A DNA stretch of 64,000 bases from NCBI GenBank assembly GCA_964187785.1, contig OZ076409.1:77192001-77256000 (forward strand). Direction: 5' to 3'. Below are positions 14,001 through 27,418 of this stretch, one piece after another. The notes under the pieces were generated by a model, which ran no database searches, was not told the origin of the DNA, and saw only the letters and a list, made by a program, of their open reading frames with translations. Both the position numbers and the translations under genes were made by a program. Origin of the DNA: Amphiscolops sp. MND2022 (taxonomy: Eukaryota). The stretch's first letter is position 1, and every line of letters begins with the position of its first letter.

Positions 14001-15883
14001 AGTAAGATTTTATGTAATAGTTTGTGTGAAACTTTGCAAAGAATTCTTGTTTTTTGAAGTCATGGCAAAATTTTGATCAATTCATATACCGCAATATTTC
14101 AAAATTTTGGCGTGAGGTGGTATATTATTAAAACCTAAAACATTTTTTACACAAGAACATCTTGACACTATTTGTTCAACACGATTCCCAATCATCTTAT
14201 GTAGCTTACTATCTAACACTCATAGCAGCGAAGTTGATAGAAAGCGATCGGGTGTTCATTTAACTTAACTCGTAAATTTTTCTCTTTCACAAGGTTAGAG
14301 GATTATTGTCTTTCATTCAAGGAACACAGCTTATAGTACAAGATTTGGATGCTTTCAGTGGAACTTATTCGGTTTGCACTTCTTTTGCGAATATTAAAAA
14401 AGAAGATAATTCTGACAAATCTGTCTAGAAATAAAGTGTTTATATCTGAAAATGTTTATAAAGTTTGTCCCAAAAAATTAAGTGGAAATAATAGTAGGTA
14501 CACTTCATGAATTTCTTCGGAGATTGTTACAGATGCAGAAATATTACCGAAACCCGAAGGGACCGAATTTAAATTTCAAACTAAAACCTGAATATTCAAA
14601 GTCTGTTTGAATTCTCAATTTCGTGATTGCAATATCAAACTAAACCATGATTATTCAATCATGAAACCAATGACATTTTGCTCGAGTTCCTTCTGATGAA
14701 ATTGAAAAATTAAGGAATCTTATAAAGTCGTTGATAATTTTTTGGAAAGTTGATTTTTTTGTGCGCAGGATTTCAACGGAAGCAGCAGTAGAAGTCAAAT
14801 GGACCCAAGTCTGATCCGGTCATACTCAATAAACTCTGCTTCATCCACCCTGAACAGTCAAACAATAATACAACAGAGGCTCAGCCAACCGGTTCTACCC
14901 ATGAACAACCGCACTCCCTCGCCCGCATCACCTGGCTCTGAGTCGGTTGCTGCTGTTTACATAGGGGGTGGCAGTTCTTCAACTGACATCTGGGTGCCCC
15001 GAGAAAACGTCACCCCAACCATCATGAGCAAATCTCAAAGCAGTTCCACGGATACATTGGAAGCCACAGACTCACCGGGACAGAATAGGCGACATGATAG
15101 CAATATAGGGGCCTGTGGGTCACTGAGTTCTTCCACGGACACCCTAGATGAAAACTGTCATTCTCTGAAAGGCTCCTTAGAGCCGAATTCGCCCAACGGA
15201 AAGTTGTCACCGCAGCATCAAGTGGTTGATAAGTCTCCTGTTATTGGGGTCAATGGCAGCAAGATGAACTACCCTACTGTGCGGCACTCAGAAAGTAAGT
15301 TTACCATTCACTTTTCTTAGAAATATGGGATACAATGACCAAGTAGTTGATAATTTATTTCACAGTACTTCAAGTTCAAATTAATCCATTAACATGAGTG
15401 AAAAATCAATGTTTTATGACAATATCATTTTATGCTGCGAGTGAAATGCTTATGAAGTTTGTGACCATTAAAGTGGTTATTTATGCCCCAACTGCGAAGT
15501 TATTGACTTGAGAGTTCCACGTTAATTCAAAAGTCACGAAAATTTGAAGTTAGTTCCATTTTTCAGACATGGGCAAGTCAAACACAGAAGGAGATCAGAG
15601 TAGTTACATGACAATTAAGCGCAACCCCAGAGCGCTGTCAGTGTCAGGTGGCTCAGACGTGACGTCATTCAGTGGAGTTGCAGTGATAGCGACATCTAGC
15701 AAAGACGACACCGACATAGATCCTTGTGAAGAAGTGAGTGAGTTCATGAAACAGCTGAGAGACCAGCGACTGGCTCTGAAGGCAGTGGATAAAACAACTC
15801 TGGACTTTTGGGACAACAAAAACTCATCTCCGGACTCACACTCCGATTCAGCACTTACTATGACACCCACAGAACAGAAGTAA
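10929..15883 (+). CDS. MTSS1: MTSS1/MIM-like I-BAR (IMD) protein, ~732 aa, 7 coding exons
   Basis: Exons 10929-11072, 11319-11464, 12147-12406, 12737-13207, 13663-13997, 14769-15294, 15567-15883, all GT-AG with consistent phases (0,2,1,1,0,1). GNREIGQELIRLTARHK resembles MTSS1 GTREIGSALTRMCMRHR. QRKFMCIFCDSICNIVDKELRL resembles ERGRFCTFISMLRPVIEEEISM. HVDKLP resembles DPHKLP. Ser-rich middle and a WH2-like EFMKQLRDQRLALKAV near the C-terminus. Start codon uncertain. Confidence 0.82.
11319..11464 (+). CDS. MTSS-like exon 2 (IMD)
   Basis: TGCAG| acceptor, AG|GTAAGT donor; encodes AKDVAEKLEK...GNREIGQELIRLTA. Confidence 0.88.
12147..12406 (+). CDS. MTSS-like exon 3 (IMD)
   Basis: TAACAG| acceptor, A|GTGAGT donor. 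Confidence 0.85.
12737..13207 (+). CDS. MTSS-like exon 4 (end of IMD, Ser-rich region)
   Basis: TTTCAG| acceptor, G|GTTAGC donor. Confidence 0.85.
13663..13997 (+). CDS. MTSS-like exon 5
   Basis: CCAG| acceptor, CCG|GTAAGT donor; Pro-rich APAPPPRR. Confidence 0.8.
14769..15294 (+). CDS. MTSS-like exon 6
   Basis: GCGCAG| acceptor, A|GTAAGT donor; Ser-rich. Confidence 0.8.
15567..15883 (+). CDS. MTSS-like terminal exon (WH2-like motif)
   Basis: TTTCAG| acceptor; TAA at 15881-15883. Confidence 0.8.
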
Positions 15884-18659
15884 CCCTAGAAACAAAATCC
15901 GTGAAACTTAGTTTACTACTTTTGCTCAACATAACGTAGGAATAACGATGATCAATTCACTCAATATTGATTTTGCAATGCATTGATTTTATTCATTCAT
16001 AGAATCTTCTCTAGCTATACATGAGTATTTTATCTTTTCACTACTACCTAGTTGAGTAGTAATTATAATGACGTATTGAATAGGCTGCTTTTAGTTTGAC
16101 CTGTACAATATTGCTACTGTTTGTGTTGAAAAAGAGTTCATCTCTTGTTACATGTATTTATGATGGACAGTTAGAATTTTGTCCAAGATCCTTGGATAAT
16201 AGGTCCCTATTGATCTTTATTTCCCTCCACAAAAATAAAGGAATATCAAAAGATGCTATTGAGAAAGCTGTTTTCACGTGAAGTGTGATTTCGTGAAAAT
16301 TTGTCACTTTTTGAATATTTGTTATTTTGGTGAAACTTGGAAAAAGTATGTGACATTTTTCAAATGTGGGAAAAGCTGAAGGTCTTTTTGACGCCCTAAC
16401 TCCTCTCCCTTACATCTATTTTCTTGCCTCCTCTTCGATCCGATCTTGTGTATTTGATTGATTGAGCCGATCGACATGTGCTGTATTTATCTATTGTTTG
16501 TTTGTAGTATCCTATTTTCTTCTCCCCAGCACAGTTTTAAAGAGCTCACAAGCAAACACGAAATATAATTTTATGCCTACTTTCTTTTCCAACAATTTAG
16601 AGAAGTAAAATCTTTCGGTGAGTCAATTTTTTTGTAGTGCGAGATGGCCTATGCTATCTGATAGCACGAGAACGTCAACAAAAAGAATTGAATAAATCAT
16701 CTGAGCACTCTTTTGACCCAAGAGATCACGGTTCTAACTCCTCTTATTGTTCGATATTTTGGTAAGACAATTATTAAAGAATGTTTTAAGTGTTAACGAA
16801 CCGAGAGCCAAAAATTTAATGACTTTCACAGAGAGCGTCTGTCATTTTTGTGGAAGCCGGATTTGTTAATTTTTTCAGTATGTAAAAAAAATAGTGGTGG
16901 TATGAACTTCGAAGTCTTTTAGAAAGTTTTGTCTTGAAAATATCACAAAAGCAAACGTGGTTCAGCGAAAAAGTAGTAAAATTAACGACGTTTTCAGTGG
17001 AAGGGTGGCAACGGGTGCCCATTCAAAGCTCAAGGAAAGCAGTCACAAGAATAAGCTCAGGAACTATTTTGAAAATCTCTGTCCAAAAAATATGGAGGAA
17101 TCTTTTAGGCTCTGATAGAAAACACAAAAACCCTGATAAGACCTTCCGGTGAAATGAGAAGTTTTCAGAGAAGAAAAGCGTCTGGCTGACAAGGTAAAAA
17201 GTTCTAATTTATTCTAGTCCACATAGTTATTCGAAATGTTATTTCGGTTCATTGTGATGAAGCTTTTCAATCTATAAGCTGGGATATTTTTGAATCACTA
17301 AAATCAACCTTCTACAGACCAAAATACCTGTTCAAAACATTCGAAACTTTTATTGTTTCACAAGCAAGTCTAATTCTTTTTAGCAGCTCAACGAGACCAA
17401 TATTGACATGGAACTAGTAAGTTTTCTAAATGTCCGTTCACTGAGAGCTTCCCTGGATATAAATTAATGCAACAGGTCATGGCAGTTTAGAAAAATCAAA
17501 AAACTAAAAGTGTTACAAAACTTTTTTGAGAGAATGCTTCCTGAATTTTTCAAATTAATTCATTCGAACAAAAAATTGCTTTGAAAGGAAAGGTGAACTT
17601 TCGAAAATTAGTTATTCAGACAATTTGCGAGACAAAACGGAATTTGAACAAACGGAATTTTCCGAAATAGTAGGAGAATCAACAAGATGTGAGCATCTGA
17701 AGTCGGTGCTATACCTAATGCTCAAAAGGCGCAGTTTTGCAAAATATGGTCAGGACTAATGTTAAAATTTGTTCTATTTTACTTTGCCAAAAAATATCTG
17801 AAGTCATAGGCACAAGACCCAAAAACCACTTTCTCTCCAACTGGATACAGCAAAAACCTATTTTTTCTCGATTGTTTGGGATTTTTTTTCTTTGGGAGAA
17901 AGTTTCAGAGTACAGAAAAACCCAAAAAGAAGCCTATCAAATTCGCAAAACGCTTTGTTCAGCCAAAAACTTTGTAAAAAGGTAAAGGGTACCTTTTTAC
18001 AAAAAGAGGACTTTCAAAAAAGCATAAAGCCGAAAAATCCGTAGGTCTTTTGCGCAAAGTTCGAGAAAATTCACATCAGAGTCCAACATGATTTGAAAAA
18101 TGATCAAAGATTACCCTCCAACCTCTCAAAAACGAAAAATGAGAAAAAATTCGAATATGGTCTCCAGTAAGTTGCATAATGCCGAAAGTCGATGAAAACA
18201 AGTTAGACAAAAATCGCTTAGTACCGAAAAACGCCGGTCTCAGAAAACTAAATTCGGAAATACTCTCGAAATACCCCATCCTCCTTAGTGAAACGCAATA
18301 TACTTCGGATATAACGTCGAAGCTTCGTATACAGCGCAATATTTTTGAGCCCTGACCACACCTTAAATGAAATGTAACCTTCTTCGGAATAAAAGTCAAA
18401 AGTTCGGAAAGAGCGATGTCACAATAGTGATTATTTTAAATAACTTCCAAGTAGAAATGTAATGGCTCCATTGGAGACGTATTCAAGAGAAAAATCCACT
18501 TCGCATAAATATTTCGAATGGAAAACCTTGTCAGCGCCTTTCACCAACTAAGATGTCAGATATTTCTTTTCAGCCAAATTTTAATTTGCTGTTCTGATAA
18601 GTTGTTGAAGGTATCCGGTATTGAATCGAATTCGTTTATCACGTTGTATGTTTTCGGGA

Positions 18660-18960
18660 GGAAAATTTGATGGACGTATAAAATTGAAGTAGGTTATTTG
18701 ATGGATAAGGATGTCTCACTTTGTAAACCAGTCCACTGAATTGATGTAATTTCTTCACAACGTAGTTGATATAATATCTGGATGTCGTTTTACTATCCAC
18801 ATGGAATTCCAAATACTTACACGAAGCTCTTTGTGGTACGCTTTGTTTTGTTTCATTAGCCTGATACAATGTTGATCTACGAGCCCAGAATTCATTACTT
18901 TGCATTTCGAAGCATTCACCGTCAGTCTATTTGATGTCAACCAATCCGCGACATTATCTG
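18660..18960 (-). mobile_element. CR1/L2-type LINE reverse transcriptase C-terminal fragment
   Basis: Across two frames: MTSNRLTVNASKCKVMN and CKYLEFHVDSK...YINYVVKKL..FSGLVYKVRH. These resemble the LINE ORF2 thumb region (NKLTLNxxKT; KYLGxxID). Confidence 0.7.
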
Positions 18961-21339
18961 AATCCTTTTTTATTTGACATTCTTTGCGTTAGCCGGTTTT
19001 CACCACAGATGATTTCTGTATATAGTTTTTGTTGATGATTTAGGCCTGATATTTGGTAATTACACATTCTTTTTGTGTTGATATCAAGGACGTGACTACC
19101 TTTCTTTGGTGTCTATAATTTTCTCGGTTTTGCATGTTTCGAATCGGTAATTCATTGCTCTTAGAAAATATTTTTCTTTGTTATCGCACTTTTGATGGTA
19201 TTGAATATCGTATCGTTCGACGACGTATTTTTGAAAGAAACCAATCACTCCGTTGCGAATCCATCAACACAGTTTAAAATGGTTTTAGAAATGTTTTCAA
19301 TTGTAAGGCTTTCTTGTAATTTAATAAGTGCCTCAGAAAGTCAAGAGTCACCAAGAATACCGGAATATCAAAATATTACTATCATGTACATGCATTTTAT
19401 TCGATAAATGTTTTATGATTCATTGAAAACCCAACACAGGAACCGACTTTTTTTTTATTCTTTCCTCTACCTCGATTTTCAGAAACGAAGCGTTTTGCGA
19501 TCATAGATGGCCACATTAGGTTTTTCCAGCACTGAGACTTACCGAAGTATTAAAAAAATATTGAAAAAAAACGTGGAAAACTTTTTCTTCGCAACTTTTA
19601 GTTTTCTGAAACTTTCTGTAAATGAAAATCGTTTCTCCAGTCCTGAGGGTGGCCTCATTGTTCAATTTCGATCCTGTGGAACTCAGTTGTTTTTTTTAAT
19701 GACTGCCAAGAAACTTTAATTTGGTCAAAGGGTACCCCCTCACTTTCATAACTGATTTCGGCTTGAAAAAAAACAGTTTAACGAAGTGAATGTTTTTTCT
19801 AGCACAGTGAGACTTTTTTCCGGAAAATAATATTCTAGAATTTTTAAATAATTTTTATAAAATGGGTTTACGATGTTCCGATATGGAGAAAAGCGGTTTG
19901 CGAGTCTTATGAGTCTTCGGGTAGTTTTTGGCACAGTATGTTTGATAAAAATTTATCACATTTGTGTTTCTTTGGATATTTGAAGAAACGTTGTAGTTCA
20001 CACCTTGAGTGGGGCGCCCACTTGGGCTTCTTTATATTGCAGTATATGTTGGTTGGTTGTTTGTTTTTCCTTCAAAAATTTCCCGTGTTTCCAATACTTC
20101 CTAAATAGGGGTTCCATCCTTTTACCGCAGGACTGTAAAGTGTACATACAACGTGCCAGAAACGAAGTGGGAAAAATTTGTGAATTCAATTGCAATAGGT
20201 AAAACTGCATGTAATCAAATGAGTTTCACTATCAGAAGCTTCCCGAACCCTTGGTTTTTTAAAAAAAAATACTCTGCCTGTAGATCTGCAGCTAAAAAGA
20301 CCAGTAGTCTCAACTAGGGTTATTTCAGGATTTTTCAGGTTGTCCATAAAAACGAACTTGAGCTTTCAATCTAACAGCATGCGTTTAGACACGCGTTCCG
20401 TGGATGGAAATATTTTCAAATATTCGAGAACAAATTTTTTGGAAGCGTCTTCGGATTCAGCAAAAAAATCACTTTGAGGTGGTAAGAGCAATTTCTTTTC
20501 GCCCTATTCAAAGAGAATGAATTGAAAGGAGCTATGTTAGTTAATTTTTCAACTAATGTTTTCTTCCTGAAGAAAAAATTTTCTCAGTGCATTCTTTGAG
20601 ATCGAAGAAGGCTGTCAGTTTCTTTCAATTAATTCCTTGGCGTAATTGATTTTCTCAAGTTCCAAAAACAAAAATATGAATAACCGACAAGATACACTGC
20701 AGTTGATATTGACGTTTGCTGTACAAAAACTAACAGTTCCAGTACAAGCGAAACGAGAAATGTTTGACATTGGTGAAGTAGCCTGTCTTAAGAAAGATAC
20801 AATGTCTGGAGAGTTCGAACAAAAGCCTGGAATCTCGCCATTTTGATACCAGATTCGGTCTCAAGTCGCAGAATTTTTGAACGACTGTTTTTAGTTGGTG
20901 CTTTTCGTGAAAAAACATGCCCGGCTACTGATGACTAGATATTTTTCTCCAAGCAACAAACTCAAGTTCTGTTCTTTCACCATTCTAGTTATTTTGATGT
21001 TTTCAGCTAGGGAGAAATCTTTCGGCTTCAGTTTCTTCGATTTTTGTGATATTAGCTTGAAATCTGATCCTGGGCATTTTTTAAAAGACTGCATCTTCTT
21101 AAAATTCATTTTTTGTGACACGTAATCTATATAGGCAAATGCGATGTCTTTCATGAAATAAAATGCCAATAATAAGGAAAAAACCCGACTATCACAGTGA
21201 CTAGTTTTTTGTCAGTCTCACTCTGAATGGCCCACCTTCTGTACACTGGCACTGTAGCACTGTGCACGTTTACCATAAGTATTTAGTACTTGATTTTGAA
21301 TGCATCCAAAGCCTCTTACATGAAATACAAAATCATTCC

Positions 21340-22945
21340 ATTGCAGAAGGGTCCACTTTTTTGGTTTCCACTTTTTTCCACCACGAGACGTCCCCCTTTT
21401 TCGGTTCTGAGACTTTTTACCGAAAATTTTAATGTCTCCAAAGGGTCACCTTTTCAAAATTTTTGATAATTTGCAACAGAAAGGATGTCAAAAAATCCCA
21501 AAAGGTCCTCCCTCTTCGATTTTTTTGGCACTGAGACTTCAAAACTCTAATTTATGTCGAAAAATCTACGAATGATTTTTTTCCATATTGTCCGAATTTT
21601 GGGGTGGAGGTTCAAAAATATTGCGCTATATCTAAATTTTAACGTGATATGCGAACGATATTGCGTTTTCCTAAGGAGGAGGCGGGGTTCAAAAACAAGC
21701 GCTCCCATTTGTCCCAGCACGCTATATCCGATTTCTGAAGCCTTTTCCGAGTACGAAAGGTTTTCTTCAGGTGAAACGTTTCTGTCAGTTTTTAAGAAGT
21801 CGTCAACATGTCTTAAAAACTTTGCACTTTTAAGTCTTAGATATAGCGCCAACTTGGGACGTTCCCGTCTTGTTTTCAATCGAAGTAGCCATAGAAATGC
21901 CAAGATGCCAAAATCATTCAAAGAGTCCTCATTTTCATTTTTAGTCGGCTCGTTTTGATTCTTTTGTTTTTCCAGACCACATACTTCACACTGAAAGGTC
22001 CACTTTTTTGTTCATTTGTTCAACTTGAACTACGCAGATCCAAAACATAATTGATACGTCAGAACCTCGTCCACGACAAAACCGACGTCCAGGACCTCGA
22101 AAACATTCTAAGGATCCCCCTTTGGCGTTCTTGATGTTTTTAACTTCCTGCATTTTTAGTCGATGCTTTTCTTAGGAAAACAGCCCGACTATTACAGTAC
22201 TCGTCTTTTTTCTTTCAGACAGACTCGAAGCGACGAACGTTAACGATCAGTATCTTCAACTAAAGGAAATTAAACGAATACCCGGGAAACGCATTTAAGT
22301 TATTCCAAAGGGTCCCCTCTTTGGTGGTTTATTTTTTAAACGTAACCTACCAAACTGGACGGGACTAAAGGGTCCCCTTTCGATTTTTTTTCGACACTGT
22401 GCAACGTTTTTTCGAATATTTTTGTCTAAAAAGGGTCCCCCTTTCGTTTTTTACTTTTTAAACGTAGCCTACAAAACCAGATGAGTGTAAAGTGTCCCCC
22501 TTTCGGTTTTTTTGGCATTGTGCGACTTTTTCTCGGAATTTTTCGTCTCCAAAGGGACCCCCTTCTATTTTTTTTGAGCCTTAGAATAGCACCGACTTGA
22601 GACGTTCCCGTCTTGTTAGTCGGCGCTTTTTTTAAGAAAAGAGCCCGACTATTACAGTCACTCGTTTTTTTGTTGATACTTTGCAACAGAATGTGTGTTG
22701 ATGAATCCTAAAGGGTTCCCCCTTTTACATTTTTGGCACCATGCAACATTCTTTTTTGGGTGTCTTTTCTGTTCTTTTTTGTTTCCAGTCAGGGAAAAAG
22801 TAGTTTCCGAGTCTTATCGAGCTCGAAAGGCACCCTTTGGGTGTCTTGAAACTGTTTTCTGAGCTTTTCATAAAAACGTACTTGGCGTATTTCAAACAAT
22901 TTTTGAGCCTTAGATATAGCGACTTTAGACGTTCCCGTCCTGTCA
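21340..22945 (+). repeat. Tandem/nested HINE-like repeat copies
   Basis: 3' ends ...GATATAGCGCC(A/G)ACTTGGGACGTTCCCGTCTTGTT at ~21840, 22580 and 22910; 5' ends TTAGTCGGCGC-like at ~22156 and 22616. Confidence 0.75.
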
Positions 22946-23956
22946 ATATACTTATTTGTTATTACAAGCCATATGTGGGTTCATTTATGACACTGCGTGG
23001 TTTTTTTTCGAAAAAAACTTGAATTTTACAAAAGAGTCCTCCTTGGTTTTGTTATTTGCTCAGTTTATAAAAGTTTTTTTAGGCCCAAAAGACCCCTCGT
23101 ATTGGTTTTTTTCAAAGAATATGAAAGAAAGATATTTAAAAAATTTTTCAATCCCAAAGAAATGCCCTAGTTTTTTACACTTTATGAAATTAGAAAATTT
23201 TCAAAAACAGTTTCTTAAGTCATTGAAGAACTTTGCGCATTTTGAGCGTTAAGCAATTTTTAATCTCAACTCAGTACTTACTTTCTGATCAAAAACCCTT
23301 TCCTACTGCAAGTAAAACCTAACCGGTAATATAGCAGCAAAATGTTGAGAGCCGCTCAATGATTAACTCTTTCATGCACGGATTTTTGAGAGAACTGAAA
23401 AAGGTAGAGATTATTGCCATGTACTTATGCTAGCTTCTGTAGGACGTATCTTCACAGTTTCAACTGTAGTTTGAACATGACAGCGTTCTAACGTTCTCGA
23501 TATGACTTCACTTGATTGGGCTAATGCTTTAAGCAACTTTCTTCTAGTACTGAGAATGAAATGCTAAGCAACATGTAGTTGATTAGGCTCCTCTGCTCCT
23601 TCGGTGTAATTTTGTTTTCAGTTTCTAGACAAAAAATCATTCAACTTTGACTTTTCGCGATACTATCTTGTACGTGTTTCTTGGCTTGTTTTTGAAGGTT
23701 TCCTCATTCATTTGTGAACAAATAAGTCATGAAAAGTCTTGAAAATGGTGTCTTGTTTTGCGTTGGACACCCAATTTTCTCCACATATTATATGTTAGTG
23801 CTATTAACGTAGTTTCTCAAAAATACCATGCAGAACTGACTATTAATTTCTGCTCTTAACATGAAGGAAGTTTTTAATAACTCAATCTTCTCAGATTGAA
23901 GTAAGTTGAAAACCTTGTTGCGCTACTTCTAAACTAAATTGAAATTCAAATTGGGA

Positions 23957-24943
23957 TCATTGTAAGGTACAGTTAGAACTACTTTGAGGGCCACCTTTAT
24001 TTCCGTTCCCACTTTTGTTGTTTATCCTCACATTCACCTCATCTACTCCGAGGGTGTCCATGGTTCTCTGTCGTTCCAATCTGGACACTGTCACTTTGAG
24101 TTGTTTGCGGGGCGATGTGTTTCCAGACTTGCTGGCATGTCCGGCATCAGTCATTTGAGGGGCCTTCCAGTTGAGAACTGAGATGGGACTAGCGAAGCCA
24201 TTCTGCGACTGGTTCTTAGCGAATGGCGTGAAATATGCTTATATACCATGAGAAACGGAGAGTGAGGACTTAAGTATACTACAAAATTCAGGAGCTGCAG
24301 TGGATCACGTTGTCAAGTTTTTGGGGTTTTCAAAATCAAATAAAACTATTTCAGGCACCTTGCGAAATTCAAAACAATACTTGCCTCGTCAAGAAAGGTC
24401 TCCTTGAATTAATTTGAATCTAAATTTTAAAACAGAACAATTGGAAGTCTAATATTTTGAGTCTTCGCGCTCCAGAACATTTTTGCTGAACTTTTGGTAT
24501 CAATTTATCACATAACAATTTCATAACAATTTGCGTCATCCGATGGAACTATCATTGAAAAGTGCTATCAAAACTTTGTGCATTCCAAGTTGTTTTGACA
24601 AAACGTACCAAAACCTCAAAAACTGATGAAAATTGATAAAAACCATTGTTTTCTTTATGGGATTTTTTTACCATCCCAACAAGTTCCATGCTAGGAGTTG
24701 TATGGGTATGCAATATCACGCCATCCAAATACCTGAGGCGGGCTTGCACCGGAAGTGCTCTGGCTTCTCCCTGATGTGGGTGATGAAGCTCTCTGAGTGC
24801 CCCAACCACCTTGCAAAGGTGTAGGTTTGAGATAACTCCTTGATTGCGGCCCATCTAAATTGTTATTTTGCTCAGGATACAAACTGTCAACTTCTTCTGT
24901 GGAAAAATCAAACTTGTTCAGCTTAATTTTCGTTTTCTGCATC
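23957..24943 (-). CDS. Candidate coding exons of an unassigned gene; one frame ends in CaaX (CTLQ)
   Basis: GC-richer coding-like blocks at 24943-24733 (CCAG| ... CAG|GTATTT) and ~24235-23957, the latter ending NKGGPQSSSNCTLQ*. Exon joining is unresolved. Confidence 0.35.
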
Positions 24944-27348
24944 CTGGATATTGCAACAAATGGTTTGATTTGCGTCCATTAAGATATGAGAACGCATTCC
25001 ATCAATTTTCAAATCTTTCAAATATTTGGAAAAACTGGGAAGCTGTAACAGGGAATAAATGAGAGAAACAGAATTTTTTCGAATGAAAAAAGATTGATGG
25101 TTCAAATAAAGCACCAATAATCAATTGTTGAAGGCTCGGAGTATGGCGACGTTTTATAGCATCACGAAACGAAAAATAGTTGATGAAGTCTTTTTTAATT
25201 GATCCCAAAATGGCTCGAGCCAGCTTTATTAAAATTTAACGATATTTACAGCAGAATGTTTGGTTTCCACCTGTGAGAGAACTACCTTACGTCTATTCGG
25301 AAAATTTCTTACAAAAAATTCAAAGTGCTTGCTATTCTATTTAAAAAAACGTGCCCACTCAAACCGTTATTTATAATTAATATTGAACTAAGCTGGCAAC
25401 GGCTAAGAACTTGCCTCTGGAAAAACGCTCGTATTATTTTTGAATGCAACTTTTTGAATGGGAAGCATCTGGATTTTCGGAAAAAAAATCCCCGCTTGGC
25501 AAAACCAGTAAAGTTAGGAGGTGCTAAACGAAAATAATGATAGAAAAAAAAGGTTTTGAATTATTAATAACGTGCCAATACTGACACGTGCGATTGTGAT
25601 TGTTGAATATTTAAGCATTCCATCGGATTTGAAAGCTTTAAAGATTCATTGATCATCAATAAAGAAAAACTGGTATCATATATGTGAAACGAACTGCAAT
25701 GTCTTCTTTCAAACTTGGATTGATTTGAAAATTCTCGAGTTTCCAAAAATTTTGAGACCAATAAAACATAGAGCTATTTGATCAATGCATGCAGCCAAAA
25801 ACAATTTTCAAAAGCATCTATCGCAATCATCCAAGGTTTCGGCTAAAGAATCGACATGATCGTCCTATCAATTGATAGAACGTGGACAAAATTCAGTATT
25901 AACTTATATTAAATGTTGCATTTCGATGAAGAGGTCAATTATTATTTCAACTAGGTCTTTTGAAGACATTGGAAATGCTGATGCTGAAATTGTTGCATCG
26001 TTGATGAACATTTCAATTCTTCGTTAATGACAATCGATAACTTGATTGCTAGATATTGAAAATTATCAGATGAATACATAAGACTCATCTTTGCATCCAT
26101 AAAGACTGCCACTCGGTAAAAAATTCAAAAAGATGTATCAACCAAATGTATGTTGTTGAAGTCTATTTTTTTGAGCTTCATAAACTATTCAATAGCTCTT
26201 GCTTTAGAGAGCTTTTTGACTTTGAAAGACAGGCGTAGTGCGAGTACAAAATATTTTTAGAAAGAAGAGAAAAGACTATTTTGACTTTCAAGTTTTAGAG
26301 TCCAGTTTTAACATTTGGAGAGCAATTTTGCATAGCTTTCGACTGGGAACAAATATATCCCATGAACTAATTTCTAAACATCTTCTTCAAAAGTGAAAAT
26401 TAGATTAGTTCTCCAGCAAACGATGTAGTTACAGATTCTGAGAGTTTTGCAAGATTATCTTATCATCCGGATTTGATACTATGTAATCCAGCCTTCAGTA
26501 TGATAAGATCATGCGAGACGTTTTGCAGAAACTTAATGTATTTATACTGCCAAGTTACTAACGATATTTACAAAGAATCCCAAGGGCTTGTCCTTGTTGT
26601 AAATTTTTAGGTTTTTGGTAATTAACGGCGCAATCCAACGATTAAGAAGCTTAAATCATCAAAAAATGGGTATGATAATCTTCTTCGGTAGGGTTTTCAT
26701 TTATGAGTGCAATCTCATTAAGATCAGACTCACTTTGAAATATTGGTTTTACTGGGTGCCATAATTTTCTGAAGCCCTAAGAGGATAATCCTCATCTTCT
26801 GAATCAGTATTTTCATCATCCGATGCGTGAACTCTCATACATTTCTCAACTTTGGGGGCCGTAGGTTGTATATTTTGTGTTTCGTTTGTTTTCGATTTGG
26901 GATTTGTTATTGTTGAAGTACTTTTGTTGGACCTTATTTTCGTAAGGATTGTTCAAATTTGCTCTCCATCGTTTCTTTCATTTTTCCAATTCTATCATTG
27001 TTCTTCTGTTCCAGGATTTGAGTCCAAGCTTGTATATCGTTAATGATCAAACTGGGCTCAGTCATTTGAGAACCCATGTTGTCTTCGCTTGAGTTTTCCT
27101 GGTTTTCAAATTTAACATTAGTTAAAGTTAAATTATCTGGGTTAGGAGTTTCTACTTGCGTTTCATTCGTTTCCCTTTCTTGGGATGGAGTTTCTAGCCT
27201 CCTAGATCTTCTGCTACGTTTGTTCCGTTATGCTCAAAAGAGAACAGTGTTTCAGTGTGGGAAAGAATTGAATGTCCTGATTCGTCACACTGAAAAACGT
27301 ACAAGACGCCCGCTAAGCACACGGATATTTTCCGCAAAGATTGAACGC

Positions 27349-27418
27349 ATCACCACGGGTTCGAACCCGCGACCTCGTGTCTGGCAAGCAGACGCTTAAC
27401 CAACTGTGCTATGGTGAC
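27349..27418 (-). pseudogene. tRNA-Gly(GCC)-like pseudogene or SINE head
   Basis: 7-bp acceptor stem GTCACCA/TGGTGAT, A box TAGCACAGTTGG, B box GGTTCGAACCC, TGCCA in the anticodon position. Anticodon and T stems are imperfect. Confidence 0.6.

Noticed and set aside
21547..21958. 120-140 aa ORFs here and at 43446-44139
   Set aside because: Chance ORFs within the HINE-like repeat, F/K-rich on both strands.
25000..27230. Possible Polinton polB or gag remnants
   Set aside because: Too degraded to support any motif by eye.
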